Below are positions 10,511 to 22,225 of a DNA stretch of 64,000 nt, one piece after another. This DNA is from Vicugna vicugna (Eukaryota): contig MU058418.1 in assembly GCA_013265495.1 (NCBI GenBank), positions 1,452,917 to 1,516,916 of the forward strand, written 5' to 3'. The first letter of the stretch is position 1. Each line of letters begins with the position of its first letter. The position numbers were made by a program, and so were the translations under genes. The notes below the pieces were generated by a model. It was not told where the DNA came from. It worked only from the letters and a program-made list of their open reading frames with translations, and did no database searches.

Positions 10511-12161
10511 CTGGGGTGTGGGGCAACCCCATCTAGGAGTTTGGTATTGAACAAACACTCATTAGAGCCATCGCCCAGAGGTCATAGCTCTTCCCCCAGG
10601 GACTCCCCACCCCCAGATAAATCTTCTCTCCTCTGGGCTGCACGTGGACATTCTCTACAAACTGACACAGCTCCCAGACATGTTACCACGCTGGTCTCTT
10701 CTCTGGAAGGATTCTGGTGTGTCAGTATTAAAATAAGCCTCCCACAATTGTACCCAACAAGTGGGATGTCCTGAAAGCACAGAGGGACCATGCTCATTAC
10801 CTTCCTGGTCTAGATGAACCCGTTGATGAAGGCTGTCTCTACAGGGTTGGCTTTTATGACAAGCTGTGTGCTGTCATTGGCTACTTACACTTTGGCCAAC
10901 TGGAACCTCCCTGCCTATATTTTACAAAGGAGAGGTCCCAAGGTAAAGAGTGCTCTGGACAGAAATGGCAGAAAACATGGTGCTCCAATGACAAACCATG
11001 TACAAAAAAATAATTTTCCACTTAGCCTGAAAATTCAGTAAAACAAAACTCTGCTTTCCTTGAGGTTAAGTGGAGTGTTATTGAACTGGAAAGAACTTCG
11101 CAGAAAAGCCATGTCACCAAGTAGAAGACCCTGAGACCTGCATGCCATTCCTTTCCTCCCCAGCCCTCCTTCCCTTCTGGGTCATTAGTCTGATTCACTG
11201 TTTTTATGACTTCCTAAATTCTTCAAGGAGTAGCCTCTTCTAGAAACAGGGGCTCATAAAAGATTATCCTTTGTCTAACAACCTCATCCCACAGCAGCCT
11301 GGAGAGTGACTGTTTGACACATAAAACTGGGGCCCCTGCTATAGTAAAGGGCAAGAGCGAGTTCACGTCCAAACTTCCCCAAGTCTGGGGGAGCCCACTT
11401 ATGCGTTCCTCCCATAGACTTCTGAGAGGATCTGTTAAACTGTAATGGCTTCAATTTGGTCCAATTAACCTCACACTGGGCTAACTTCTGCCCCTGGCTG
11501 TGTGTTGGCAGCTACTGCTGATTCCAGGTACAGTAGTGGGCAGGGAACAGTGGAAACTAACTTGGTGGATTAAAGGGAAAAATGTTAACCATGTCCTCCA
11601 GGCACGAGGGGAAAAATCACCTGCTAAGGCATGCTAATCAAAAGTGCACCATTTACCCGGAAATCTTCATAAAAGCTGAATCAAGTGGAAATGAAGTACA
11701 GGGCCGACTTAGAATGTGAGGGAGGCTTGATTGTTTGTATTGTCAGTTGCCTTTTACTTGCAGAATATATTGAATGGCCATTATTTTCAGCTCTTGTGAT
11801 TTTAAGTCTGAACCACTCCCTTTCAAGTCATAAAACCTTAAAACAACAACAACCCAGTTTTCTTTGGGAATCCTTCACTCTAAGTTTATAGTTTCAGCGT
11901 AAGGCTGCCCTACCCAAGTGGAGATACCAGCTTCTCTGGGGGAAACTTAGAGCCTGGTGTTTGTTTTTTTTGCTCAGCATCTTTTTTAGGGTATCCTCCA
12001 CATCCAGGATCAAACTCATCTTTACGTGCATTTGAATGGTTGTTTTTAGCAGAGGGCTACAGTTTGTAACCAGATAATGGGAAATGGCATTGGGACAATC
12101 AGCTCTGGTCCTGGAGAGCTGAGGTCCTCTGACCCAGTCACTCCTGTGGAGAAGTTAGGAC

Positions 12162-12662
12162 CCAGATTCCAAACTGTGTTCCACAGAACCCTGGGGTTCT
12201 TAGGGGATTAATGGGGAGGTAGGAGAAACTGAACAAATCCCAACCACTCTTCCTGTTCAACCAGAGCACCTCCACTTGGATATATTTTTAACTTTTAAAG
12301 TTTTATATTTACATAAAAAAGTGCACCTATCATAATGTGCAGCTCAGTGAGATTTTTACCAACTCTACACATCTGTGGAGCCAACCCAGATCTAGAAACA
12401 GAGCATTTCCAGCCCCCAGGAACCCCTGGGGCTCTTTTTCAACACTGTCCTCAGAGGAGGACCCATTCTCCTGATTTCTCATAGTGTCTCGTTGATAGAG
12501 TCTATACATTGAGGCCCCACATAGATTTTTTTTAACTTTTTATTTTGAAATAATTATAGATTCACAGGAAGTTGCAAAGATACTACAGAGAGATACATAG
12601 AATTTTATATTCTTTTTCAATGTTCAAAAAAAATTTTTTGACAAGAAGTTTAAAAACCAGTG
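12162..12662 (+). mobile_element. hAT-Charlie MITE (MER112-like) split by two L1 3'-end insertions
   Basis: ccaaactgtgttccacagaaccctggggttct...ttcaaccagagcacctccactt ... aagtttaaaaaccagtg; L1 pieces at about 12285-12490 and 12531-12594. Confidence 0.6.
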
Positions 12663-13894
12663 AAAATGGATAGGTTTGGGAGTCAAGCCTCATGGGATTG
12701 AGTCCAAATTCTTTCCCTTCCCATCATGTGACCCAGACATGTCCCTTAACCATCCTGAGCTGCAGGTAAGGTTCATACTACTTTCCTGCTACTGGTCTAA
12801 TTTTAAAAAGGTGAGACAGTGCATGTCAATGTGGGACACTGCCTGGAGGTACGGCATCCCCATGGCTCTCTGTGGAGGGCTGGATGGAGCAGGAGCATCT
12901 AGCACTGCCTGGCCTGCTTGCAGCTTCCATCGGTATCTAGTCAGAATCATCGAGCACTCAGTTACTCCGTCTCTTCACCAGTCCTCTGCCTTCCCCACTG
13001 GCCCCAGCATCTCCCTCCAGCTGTTTGGGCAAGTGAGGTGCCGAGCAGGTGCAGCCTGAGTGGGAGGGGCAGGCAGGGCTGACCAAGCAGGCCCAGGAGG
13101 CAGTGTCCCACTCAGTGTGCTGGGGCCAGGCCTGCCCCTGGCCCTCACCTGTGTCCTGGCCATTGTGGAATCAGCTCTGCTCACATGTCACCACCCCATC
13201 CCCCATTCTGGTCTGTTCATTAAAGGAGAATTCCCACTGTGGATGGGTAACAAAAGGCAGCGTCAAGGATTGCCCTTACTACACCGGAAGGAATCTCACC
13301 TCCTCTCATCAGTGGGAGGGGAGCTGAGGGAGACTCAACCAGCAGGCCCTGAGTCATCCCAGTAAAGACAAATCGAGCCCAATGATCCATCTCAGAGGCC
13401 TGAACCTGGGCAGACATGTGGCCGGAACCACCCGAGAGATAAAATCTGGGTGAGCCGGATCTACAAGAGGTTAACAATGGACAAAAGCTGTAAATGGGCT
13501 CCTCTGTCCATCTCAGGCTGTACCTGCCACACCTCCACGCCAGAGAAGGGGGTGAACATAGAGAAAGTACTTGTTCCTTGGGTTGCCTGCCGTCTTTCAA
13601 GCTTCAAATTGGGGTACACACCAGTGCCACTTCTAGGGACCAGAGCACCACCAACCTGCCCTTTGGGGCAGCCATGCCATTCTGGGAAATGCCCCTATCC
13701 TTCCTTAGTGGTTAACTTTTCCAGGACACCTTAGAGTGGCAGTCTTAAGCCTAAGGTCAGGAGGCTCTGGGGCAGAAAGGGTGAAGATGTTGATGGTGAT
13801 AATGAGGATAATAACAATAATAGACAGGATCGTAGGGAGGAGCAATGAGCAGTGTGGTCCTGGATGGTAGCCTTAAGTAGCTTGGACAGCCTGC

Positions 13895-14085
13895 TGCTAA
13901 TGATGGGTATCACATATTGAATACCTGTGTAAACCATGCACTGAGCTGAGTGCTTGGCATGGATTATCATTTAATCCTTAGAGGTCATTATTGTTGTTAT
14001 GATATCCTTTAAGTAACTTGCCTAAGGTCATGTAGCTGCTAAGTGGCAGAGAGCTGGAACATGACCCATCTGTGTGGCTCCAAAC
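13895..14085 (-). mobile_element. MIR SINE
   Basis: ttatcatttaatcctta...taagtaacttgcctaaggtcatgtagctgctaagtggcagag. Confidence 0.8.
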
Positions 14086-14365
14086 CCTTCCCTTCCTTCT
14101 CCCTCCTAGACCCTTGTCTGCCACAGACTCTCAGCCTTCCAAACTTCCTATTCTAGAAAGGGTTCATTCTTAGCTAACTGCCTGCCATGCTTGCAGAGAA
14201 TGATTGATATCTGTTAAAGCATAAGGTGTTCCTCATGTTAGGGGTATTTGTGTTTTAAAGGGAGCCTGGGTGTCACAATAGCCACCAGCATTTTTGGAGT
14301 GTGATAGTTCTCAAAGTGAGAATGTTGGGATTGCTGTTTGCATTCATCATCTCCTTCCTTTATAA

Positions 14366-14553
14366 CAGTGCTTCTCAGATGCTAGAGAGCATCAGAGTCA
14401 CTTGGTGGGGCTTGTTCAAACACACATTGCCCACAACGCAGAGTTCTTGGTTCTGTAGGTCTAGGGTGGGGCCTAAGAGTTGGCATTTTAATTCCCTTTG
14501 CTGCTGATGCTGCTGACACTGCTGTTCTGTGTATCACACTTTGAGAACCAATG
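14366..14553. mobile_element. MER5A hAT-Charlie MITE
   Basis: Terminal inverted repeats cagtgcttctca...ttgagaaccaatg; ctgtaggtctagggtggggcctaagagttggcatt. Confidence 0.85.
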
Positions 14554-15544
14554 CGTTGTAGCAATCCTGTAATTAGAAGGGCAATTAGAGATTAATGTTT
14601 CTAATCCTTAAGATGAAGAAATTGATGTGCAGGGAGGTTTGGTGACTTGTGATTTGGTGACAGTGTTATAAAAAAGCAGGGGTAGGACTCTAAAACAAAA
14701 TATGATCTCTTAGACCTCAGACCACCACTTCTCAACAGGTCTATGTAGCACTGAGATTTCTCCAGTGATGATCCCCCAAATTATATGAGCCTCATCCGGG
14801 TGACCACCAAGACCTGAGTGCCACCTGGCTCTTTGGGGTCACCCCTGGTGAGGCGGGAGACCTGGGCCTCCATGGAGCACGTGGCAAGAAAAGCCTGTCA
14901 GGCTCAAAAGCTCACATGCACGTGCATGCAGATGTATGACGCACATCCGTGTCTCCCCTGTTTTTATCTAACAGCTTGCAGCAAGAATTGGCCATCAAAA
15001 CATGAACTTATCTTCAAGTGGAAGAGGCAGAGGTCTGGGATGGCCATGGTTAGAGCTGCCTTTCAAGGCTCGTTCTTGGCAGAACTTTGGTTAAATATGA
15101 ACTGATGATCCTAAAGTGGCAAAAAAAGCTCTGCAGTTATGAATGCTATTCCCACCATATACCTGGTGTACAGTTTTCCTCTGCCAATACTACTATTCCT
15201 AAGGCCAAATACAGAAGCCAACGCAGACCCATATGAAACCTACCATTTAATCTGGTGTTGCCAATTTAGCTTCAGCAAAACCAGACACTTACATAAGTGC
15301 CATAAAGTTCAAGGAGTTTTTATTAAATTTCATATCTAGCTTATATTTTGTTCAGGAATAGTCAAGAAACATAGTGAAATAATTTAAGTTGATGCTAAGA
15401 GGCTTGAGGTTTTTGTTGTTTGCTTTTTTAAACAGGGAGACATACTTCTTTAAGAAATTGCTCCTCATAAGATAATGTAAGTGAAAGCCTGTCTAAACTC
15501 TGAAGTGCCATATAAATGTTCAATCCTTATTGAGTTTTTTTCTG

Positions 15545-16420
15545 TTTCTTTTTTTTAATAGCATAGTTTTTTTATCAAGGTATAGTTGATTTATAATATT
15601 ATATAAGTTTCAGGTGTACAACAGAGTGATTCACAATTTTTAAAGGTTATACTCCACTTATAGTCATTATAAAATATTGGCTATATCTCCTGTGCTGTAC
15701 AATATATCCTTGTAGCTTATTTACTTTATGTATAATAGTTAGTACCTCTTAATCCCCTACCTCTGCCAGCCCCCCCACCACTTGTAACCACTAGTTTGTT
15801 TTCTATATCTGTGAGTCTGCTTCTTTTTTGTTATACTTACTAGTTTGTTGTATTTTTTAGATTCCACATATAAGTGATACACAGTATTTGTCTTTGTCTG
15901 ACTTATTTCACTTAGCATAATACCCTCCAGTTCCATCCATGTTGTTGCAAATGGCAAAATTTCATTCTTTTTTATGACTGAGTACTATTCAATTGTATAT
16001 GTAGATATACCACATCTTATTTATCCATTCGTCTATTGATGGACACTTAGGTTGCTTCTATATCTTGGCAATTGTAAATGATGCTGCTATGAACATTGGG
16101 GTGCATGGATCTTTTCAAATTGGTGTTTTCTTTTTTTTCAGATATATACTCAGGAGTGGAATTGCTGGGTCATATGGTAGTTCTATTCTTAGTTTTTTGG
16201 GGAACCTGCATACTGTTTTCCAAAGTGGCTGCACCAATTTACATTCCTATCAACAAGTGTACGAAGGTTCCCTTTTCTCTACATCCTCACCAACATTTAT
16301 GTGTTCCTTTTGATGATAGCCATTCTGACAGGTGTGAGGTGATATCTCACAGGTGATTTGATTTACATTTCTCTAATCATTCACTATTTTAAGCATCCTT
16401 TCATGTGCCTGTTGGCTGTC
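15545..16420 (-). mobile_element. L1 3' end (relatively young Laurasiatherian/artiodactyl type): ORF2 C-terminus, 3' UTR, poly(A)
   Basis: Minus-strand ORF MPFATTWMELEGIMLSEISQ is the L1 ORF2 C-terminus; T-rich tail at the left. Confidence 0.95.
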
Positions 16421-16425
16421 CTCAC

Positions 16426-16860
16426 TGTTTTTTCCCCCAGCTTTATTAAGATATAATTCTCTTATAACATTGTGTAAGTTTAAGCTGTACAAGCTAGTGA
16501 CCTTATATATGTATGTATTGCAGAATGATCACCACAATAAGGTTAGTTAACATATCCATCACCTCACATAGTTAAATTTTTTGTGTGATGAAAACTTTAA
16601 AAATCTACCTTTAGCAGCTTTTTACTCTTAGTTGTAGATACAATGCAGTATTGTTAACTCTAGTCGCCCTGCTGTATTATACATCCCCAAAATTTAGTCT
16701 TCTTCTAATTGAAAGTTTGTACCTTTTGACCACCTTCACCCATTTCCCCTTACCCCCACCCCCTGCCCTTAGCAACCAACCAGCTGTTCTGTTTCTGTGA
16801 GTGTGGTATTTTTAGAGTCCACATATAATGAGATGATACAGTGTTTGTTTTTCTCTTTCC
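16426..16860 (-). mobile_element. Second L1 3' UTR fragment (L1MA9/10-like)
   Basis: cagctttattaagatataatt...ttaacatatccatcacctcacatagtta...gaaagtttgtaccttttgacca. Confidence 0.85.
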
Positions 16861-19800
16861 TTGTTTTATCTGTACTTTTTCAAAGTGCTAGCTGGCTGCC
16901 CTACCTACTTCTGTAATTTTACTCTTCCCCCTAACTGTCCCTCCCATGCATTCTCAGAGTAGAACCAGCCACTTGGCCCCCAGCCCTGAGGGGTCAGTTC
17001 TGAGGAGGCCACTTTCAGGGCTCACTGAGGGAGGGTAGGGTCTATCTTGCTGGACCTGGGTGAGGCCTTAGAGGTCTTCTGGTCCCACCCCTTCTGTGAG
17101 AGATGAGGAAGTAAGACCAGAGACACTGGACCTGACCTTCTTAATGTCGCAGAGGGAGTCGGAGCCACATCTAGAAATGAACTATCTGAGATTCTTTTTT
17201 GGTTAATTCTTTTTTCCCATTCTTCCTGTTATGCACCAGGAAGGAAAAAGTTGCCAACTTTTCTGGCGACTCGGGGCCCATTTGGCTGAGAGTGAAGCAC
17301 ACAGAAAAGCCAGAGACCTCAGCCTGGGAGTATGGGAGATGCTGGTCAGGATTCACTAGTGTCCAGGAATGGAGGGCAAAATGATGAAGGGAATAGTTCC
17401 AAGTCCTCAGAAGCTTCAGAATGAAGGCTGAGGTATTCCTGTTAAAGATATGCTGAGAAGACTCTCTGTTGGCAGAAAAGTTCATTTTTTCCTTCTATTT
17501 TTATGGATTAAAATGGGGATTTCAAATAATCACTTGCAGGGAGAGGAGAGGGCCTGTGAGGAGACAAGAAATGAGACACTGCAGAAAATGGGAGCGCTGG
17601 GTTGGGGAGGGGGCTGATGCTCTGGAACAGTGAAAATGGGGCCCTCCCTAGTCACAGGGTGGGTCAGTCATTCCAGCTAGGCAAATGGCAGTGAACCTAG
17701 AAGGAGTTTCTTTCACACTGGAGTCAGGAACCTAAGCCTTACGATATTTTGAATTTAAATAAAAAATAGCTTGCTGGAAATTGAAAGAAAAATGAGTTAA
17801 AAGGGTAAATAGTTTTGGAATATGCAGAATCCAGGGAAGTTAGGCCTAGGTTTTACCTTAAGAGAAGAGTGTGTGGGTTTTTTGGTTTTTGTTTTTCGTT
17901 TTGTTTTTGTTTTCTTTTCATTTGTAAACCATTCCATCAGAAATCTGTATGTAGTCCATGGGTGCTGCATGAAAGCTTTAGTTGGTAAATGAGTTTGGCT
18001 GTTTATCAGAAACACAAAAACAGTCCAAAGCACTTAGAGGCCCAGAATTAGTCTTTAATCAGATATAGTCAAGAGATTATTGGTATTTAGAAGCCTGAAC
18101 CATCCTCAGGACTATGGTATGTATTAAATCCAAACCATGTCTCAGTTCTGGGTGTAGGTTTACATTACTAGTGGTGACTTTTAACTTCATTCCAGCTAAT
18201 TTATAAGTGAGGCATAGAGTTTAGTTCATGGCAGACAATTCAAGTCTTGTTCTGCTATGCATCTCCAAGATTCTGGGAATATCGTTTGTGTCATCTAGGT
18301 GATCAAACCGATGAAACTGAGTCACCCTCATGGGACAGATGCTTAATAATTCGGCTACACCCCCATGCTTAAACTCCAGAGGCAGCCAGAGAAACATAGG
18401 CATGATTCACATTGTTTAATCTGTGATTCTCTCCTTAAATTATGACTTCATTTCCACCAGTTAGCCCTGCAGTTGTTCAAATCTGTGACCTTGTGGCACC
18501 CAGAGCAGTTTTGGAATGGGGAAGAAAGGCTGTTTCTGTTTCCTTTTGAAACCACATGCCTGTACCTCCATGTTCACATTAGAAGTGCTCTCCTCCCCAG
18601 CAGCCACAACTCCGTGCGTTCAGATGATTTATATTTTCATCGTAAGAAGGTACAACCATGTGAACCACATCAGGGCACGTTAATGCTAACAAGACCTGGA
18701 TCTGAAGAAGCCACTTAGGAAATCTTCCCAAACTTCTAAAACCCAGCCATTTGCCTGCATTAAAATAAACTAGATGTGCACGCTTTGCTTTCACTTCTTC
18801 CAAGAGCCCCCATAAACGGCCACAAGAGAGGTATGAGCATGAAGGAAAGTCACTGCCTTCATCACTTCCTCCACCCCTTCATACTCAAGGGGAGCCTGAA
18901 CCACCAGATTCACAGGTCTTCAGATGAGGACCCAGTAGAAGGTGAGCCCACCTGCCTTCTCCATGAACATGAATAAACTGTTCCCTCTGCATCAAGCCGA
19001 CTCCCTTTTCTATGTCTCAGATTTCTTATAGGCAGGTATTTAGCCCCTGACTAATTCATATGCACTAGCTAATTGGGTAAATGTTAAGATATGATAAAAA
19101 CCTCTGGCCTGACACTCCACAGGGGAGCGAGTCAAGTAGGCTGAATGCTTATCTGTTGGATGACCCTTCCTAAGACAAGAGGCAAAGCAGCCAAACTTTC
19201 CTGCAAGGCGGATATAGCCTTTGTAAATGGTGATGACTGTATCTCACTCAGAGCACCCAGGATATGTGACATGGTGGGACAGAAATGACGGATAAGTCCA
19301 TCCCATACCAAATCTAAAGAGCTGCTAGGGGCCGACTATAGCACCTTGTTAAGAAGGATTCTGGGGCAGCATCCAGACTTGCTAGGAAACAGATCTGTGA
19401 TTGTTTAGTCTGCTGCAGGCCCAGGATGGACGGGCATCGGTGTCTGGCATCCTGGGTGGGTGCCTTAGGCAATAGCCAAGTGTTCTGCTGATCAATTCTT
19501 CCAGCAGGGAAGTCAGATCATATTTAACTTGGCTTCCAATCTCTACAGGTTTTCCCAACATCCATCACCAATGGAAGGAAGCTCCTTCAGGCCACATAAG
19601 AAGGAAGACTTCAAGCACTAATCAGGGACATGCCTTGGAGAGGTGAGGTGATTCCTTAAGCTTTTATCTCTTCCTCATCCTTGTTACTTTCAGCGCTGCC
19701 ATCCATTCCACAAAGGGATTAGCAGTAAGTTCTTTAAATGAAGGGGAACTGATCTCTGATTTGCTTGTTTTGAGGAATGAAGTAGAAGGGGAGTAACTGG

Positions 19801-21129
19801 GAAGCCCGTTTTCTGCCCAGGAGCTGGTCATGGGGGCAGAAAGTGCTTTTTGTTGGGGTAGCAGCTCTGGAGTGGAGAGAAAATCAAGTCAAACATCTGG
19901 GCCTGTATACCAGGAGCTGTGCTGCACACCTTGGGGGATGGGGGATAGAGGGGGCAGGCAGGTGAGAGGGGGATGACATGGACACTGAACAGGTCGGAGC
20001 CCTGTGTGATTTTTTAAAAACTGCATTGAGAATGTTTTCTGACTTTTCCTCTTATAAAATGATGATTAAAGGAAAATGTTGATAATTTGACTATATCAGT
20101 GGCAATAAAAGGAACTGACCTACAGTTTAGGTAAAGAGGACATCTGTGTAGGTATAAAAATGTCAGCTTCACGATGGAAGACTTGATCTTTTCTTCTATA
20201 GAAATAGAAGTTATTTCTCCTTCTAAATGTATAAGTCTTCAAAACTACAGAAATGAACTATAGCCTGCTGAAGGGTTCCTTCCTGTTTATTTTTTATTGG
20301 TGAATATCATGAAGCCTAAACCAATCTCTAATTTCTGAATCACAAAAAATGTTTCTATCCCTATTAAACTTGTTTCTTTCACCATTCTACTATATTCCTT
20401 CATAAAATAGCGGTATTGCCCAATTAAGTCTTTTAAGAAAATTCAGTATAAATTCTTTTCATGGTCCCAATATTCTTTGAAGAATGAAGAAAAACAAAAT
20501 ATGCTCATTTTCCTTGGAAAATTAGCTGGGGCTATTTTATGAATTGAAACTCTTAAAATTAAATCATTTCACTTGAAAGAAGCCAGAACACATATTCGTT
20601 CTCGATGCTTCCTGCCTCTTGCTGGGATGGTGGACATTTCCAGAGAATTGCCATGCCAAACTTGTACAAGTCTAGTCTTTAAACCTGTTTTCCAAGTCTG
20701 CCCTGGAGTTGTTTGTGGAGAAGCATGCCTTTCATGGTAAATGGAAACATATCCTGTGTCAAGTTCTATGCTCTTAACTCTAAAATTAGAAAGTATTGGG
20801 TGGGAGGAGGGTGATGAGTGTAGGAATGATGGTATTACTCAGAAAGAAACTCAAATTAGATGGGACTGCACAGATTTTGTAATATGTGTTTTGTTTTACT
20901 TTTTTCACGAAGCCAGGGATTTTTTTATAAGAAGAACAAAGCGGGGGGGCAGGGTGCAGGGCTTGCTTCCAGGGAGAGGGTGAGGAGACAGCTGTGGTCC
21001 TTGGTTTACAGTCTGTATCAAAACAGGAAGCCCCACCCCCACCTGGCCCCAGTTCCTTTCACCCCGAAAATATTCTAGTCCTTGGTTTTCTTTATTTTCA
21101 CTTCTGAAAGCAAAGTGGAAAGGGCAAAG

Positions 21130-21152
21130 GATGGATGATAGATAGAAGGATG

Positions 21153-21194
<42 letters not shown>

Positions 21195-21210
21195 GTGTGT
21201 GTGTGTATGT
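21130..21210. repeat. Compound (GATA)n/(GT)n microsatellite
   Basis: gatagatagataga... followed by gtgtgtgt. Confidence 0.95.
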
Positions 21211-22059
21211 TCATGTGCGTGTACTTGCTTGACTTTGAGAAAGTTCTGAAAACCTCTAGACTTTCTGTGCAAATCAACCTCCTCCTATCTTATTCTTCCC
21301 AGTGCATTTGTCCCCAGGACACTGGGGTGTCCTGACCTTTCTGTGTTTCTGAGCAAAACTATGGTAGTGTGTGTCCTTGCTTCTGTGTTTCTGAGTGTCC
21401 CAGCTGCCAGAGCCTCACAGATGGGATGGGAGAGAGGAAGGGGTTAGTGTCCGGGCACATTCTTCTGCTGGAGTAAGGATGTGGTTGTCTTTCCTTTTGG
21501 CTCTACCAGAGGGGGAGGAAGTAAGCAGACTAGCTCCTTGCCCTCAGTCCAGGTAATGTGAGCACTTTCGCCCTGCCAATCAAAGCAAATTTTGCCAGAC
21601 CTATTCAATGCCTGTTTATCTCCTCCTTTGTTTAGGTCTTAGATTATTTTACCTAAATGTTAGCTCTTCCCTTCATGTCCACCAAGGTCATTTAGCTTCT
21701 GGCATGCAGGCACTGAGCTTTATTTGTCTGTCTGTCTTCAGGACTTGATACAGTGTCTGGTACATAGAGTTCAACATTTGAACGAGCCAGTTCTCTAGCA
21801 CACAGTCACTGATATCTGCTGCATGCAAGAACCATACTCCGGACTGTGAGTGAGTCAGGGGGTGGAGGGGAGTGTCACAGGTGAGTTGAGCACCTACACC
21901 TTGTAAGATCACAGTCAGGTGAGGGAGAGGAAAGGCATATGCGGGGGAGGGGGGAGGGCGGTGCAGATGAATGTGCACATACACACACATTCGTGAGTCT
22001 CTAAATCTGACCCAGTGCCTGGCACATAGTAACAAATGCTTGCTAGTTAAGTTTGCATG

Positions 22060-22225
22060 GTTTTCTTTTTCTTTTTCTTTTTTTTTAACACTTTATAACT
22101 TTTTTGGGGGGGTAATTAGGTATTTATTTGTTTATTTATTTATTTTAATGGTGGTACTGGGGATTGAATTCAGGACCTCGTGCATGCTAAGCATGTGCCC
22201 TACCACTGAACTCTATCCCTTCTCC
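22060..22225 (-). mobile_element. Camelid tRNA(Ala)-derived SINE (Vic-1 type), full length
   Basis: Reverse complement reads GGAGAAGGGATAGAGTTCAGTGGTAGGGCACATGCTTAGCATGCACGAGGTCCTGAATTCAATCCCCAGTACCACC, then an (AAAT)n/A-rich tail; TSD taagtttgcatg at 22048-22059 and 22226-22237. Confidence 0.9.

Noticed and set aside
10661..10727. actgacaca...tgtgtcagt inverted repeat as a possible pre-miRNA
   Set aside because: Only a 9-bp stem with poor internal pairing, and no known mature miRNA recognised.
15757..16356. ORFs MPFATTWMELEG... and antisense partners
   Set aside because: L1 ORF2 C-terminus and its antisense shadow.
22150..22225. tRNA-like sequence
   Set aside because: SINE head with tail and TSD; mutated arms, so not a tRNA gene.
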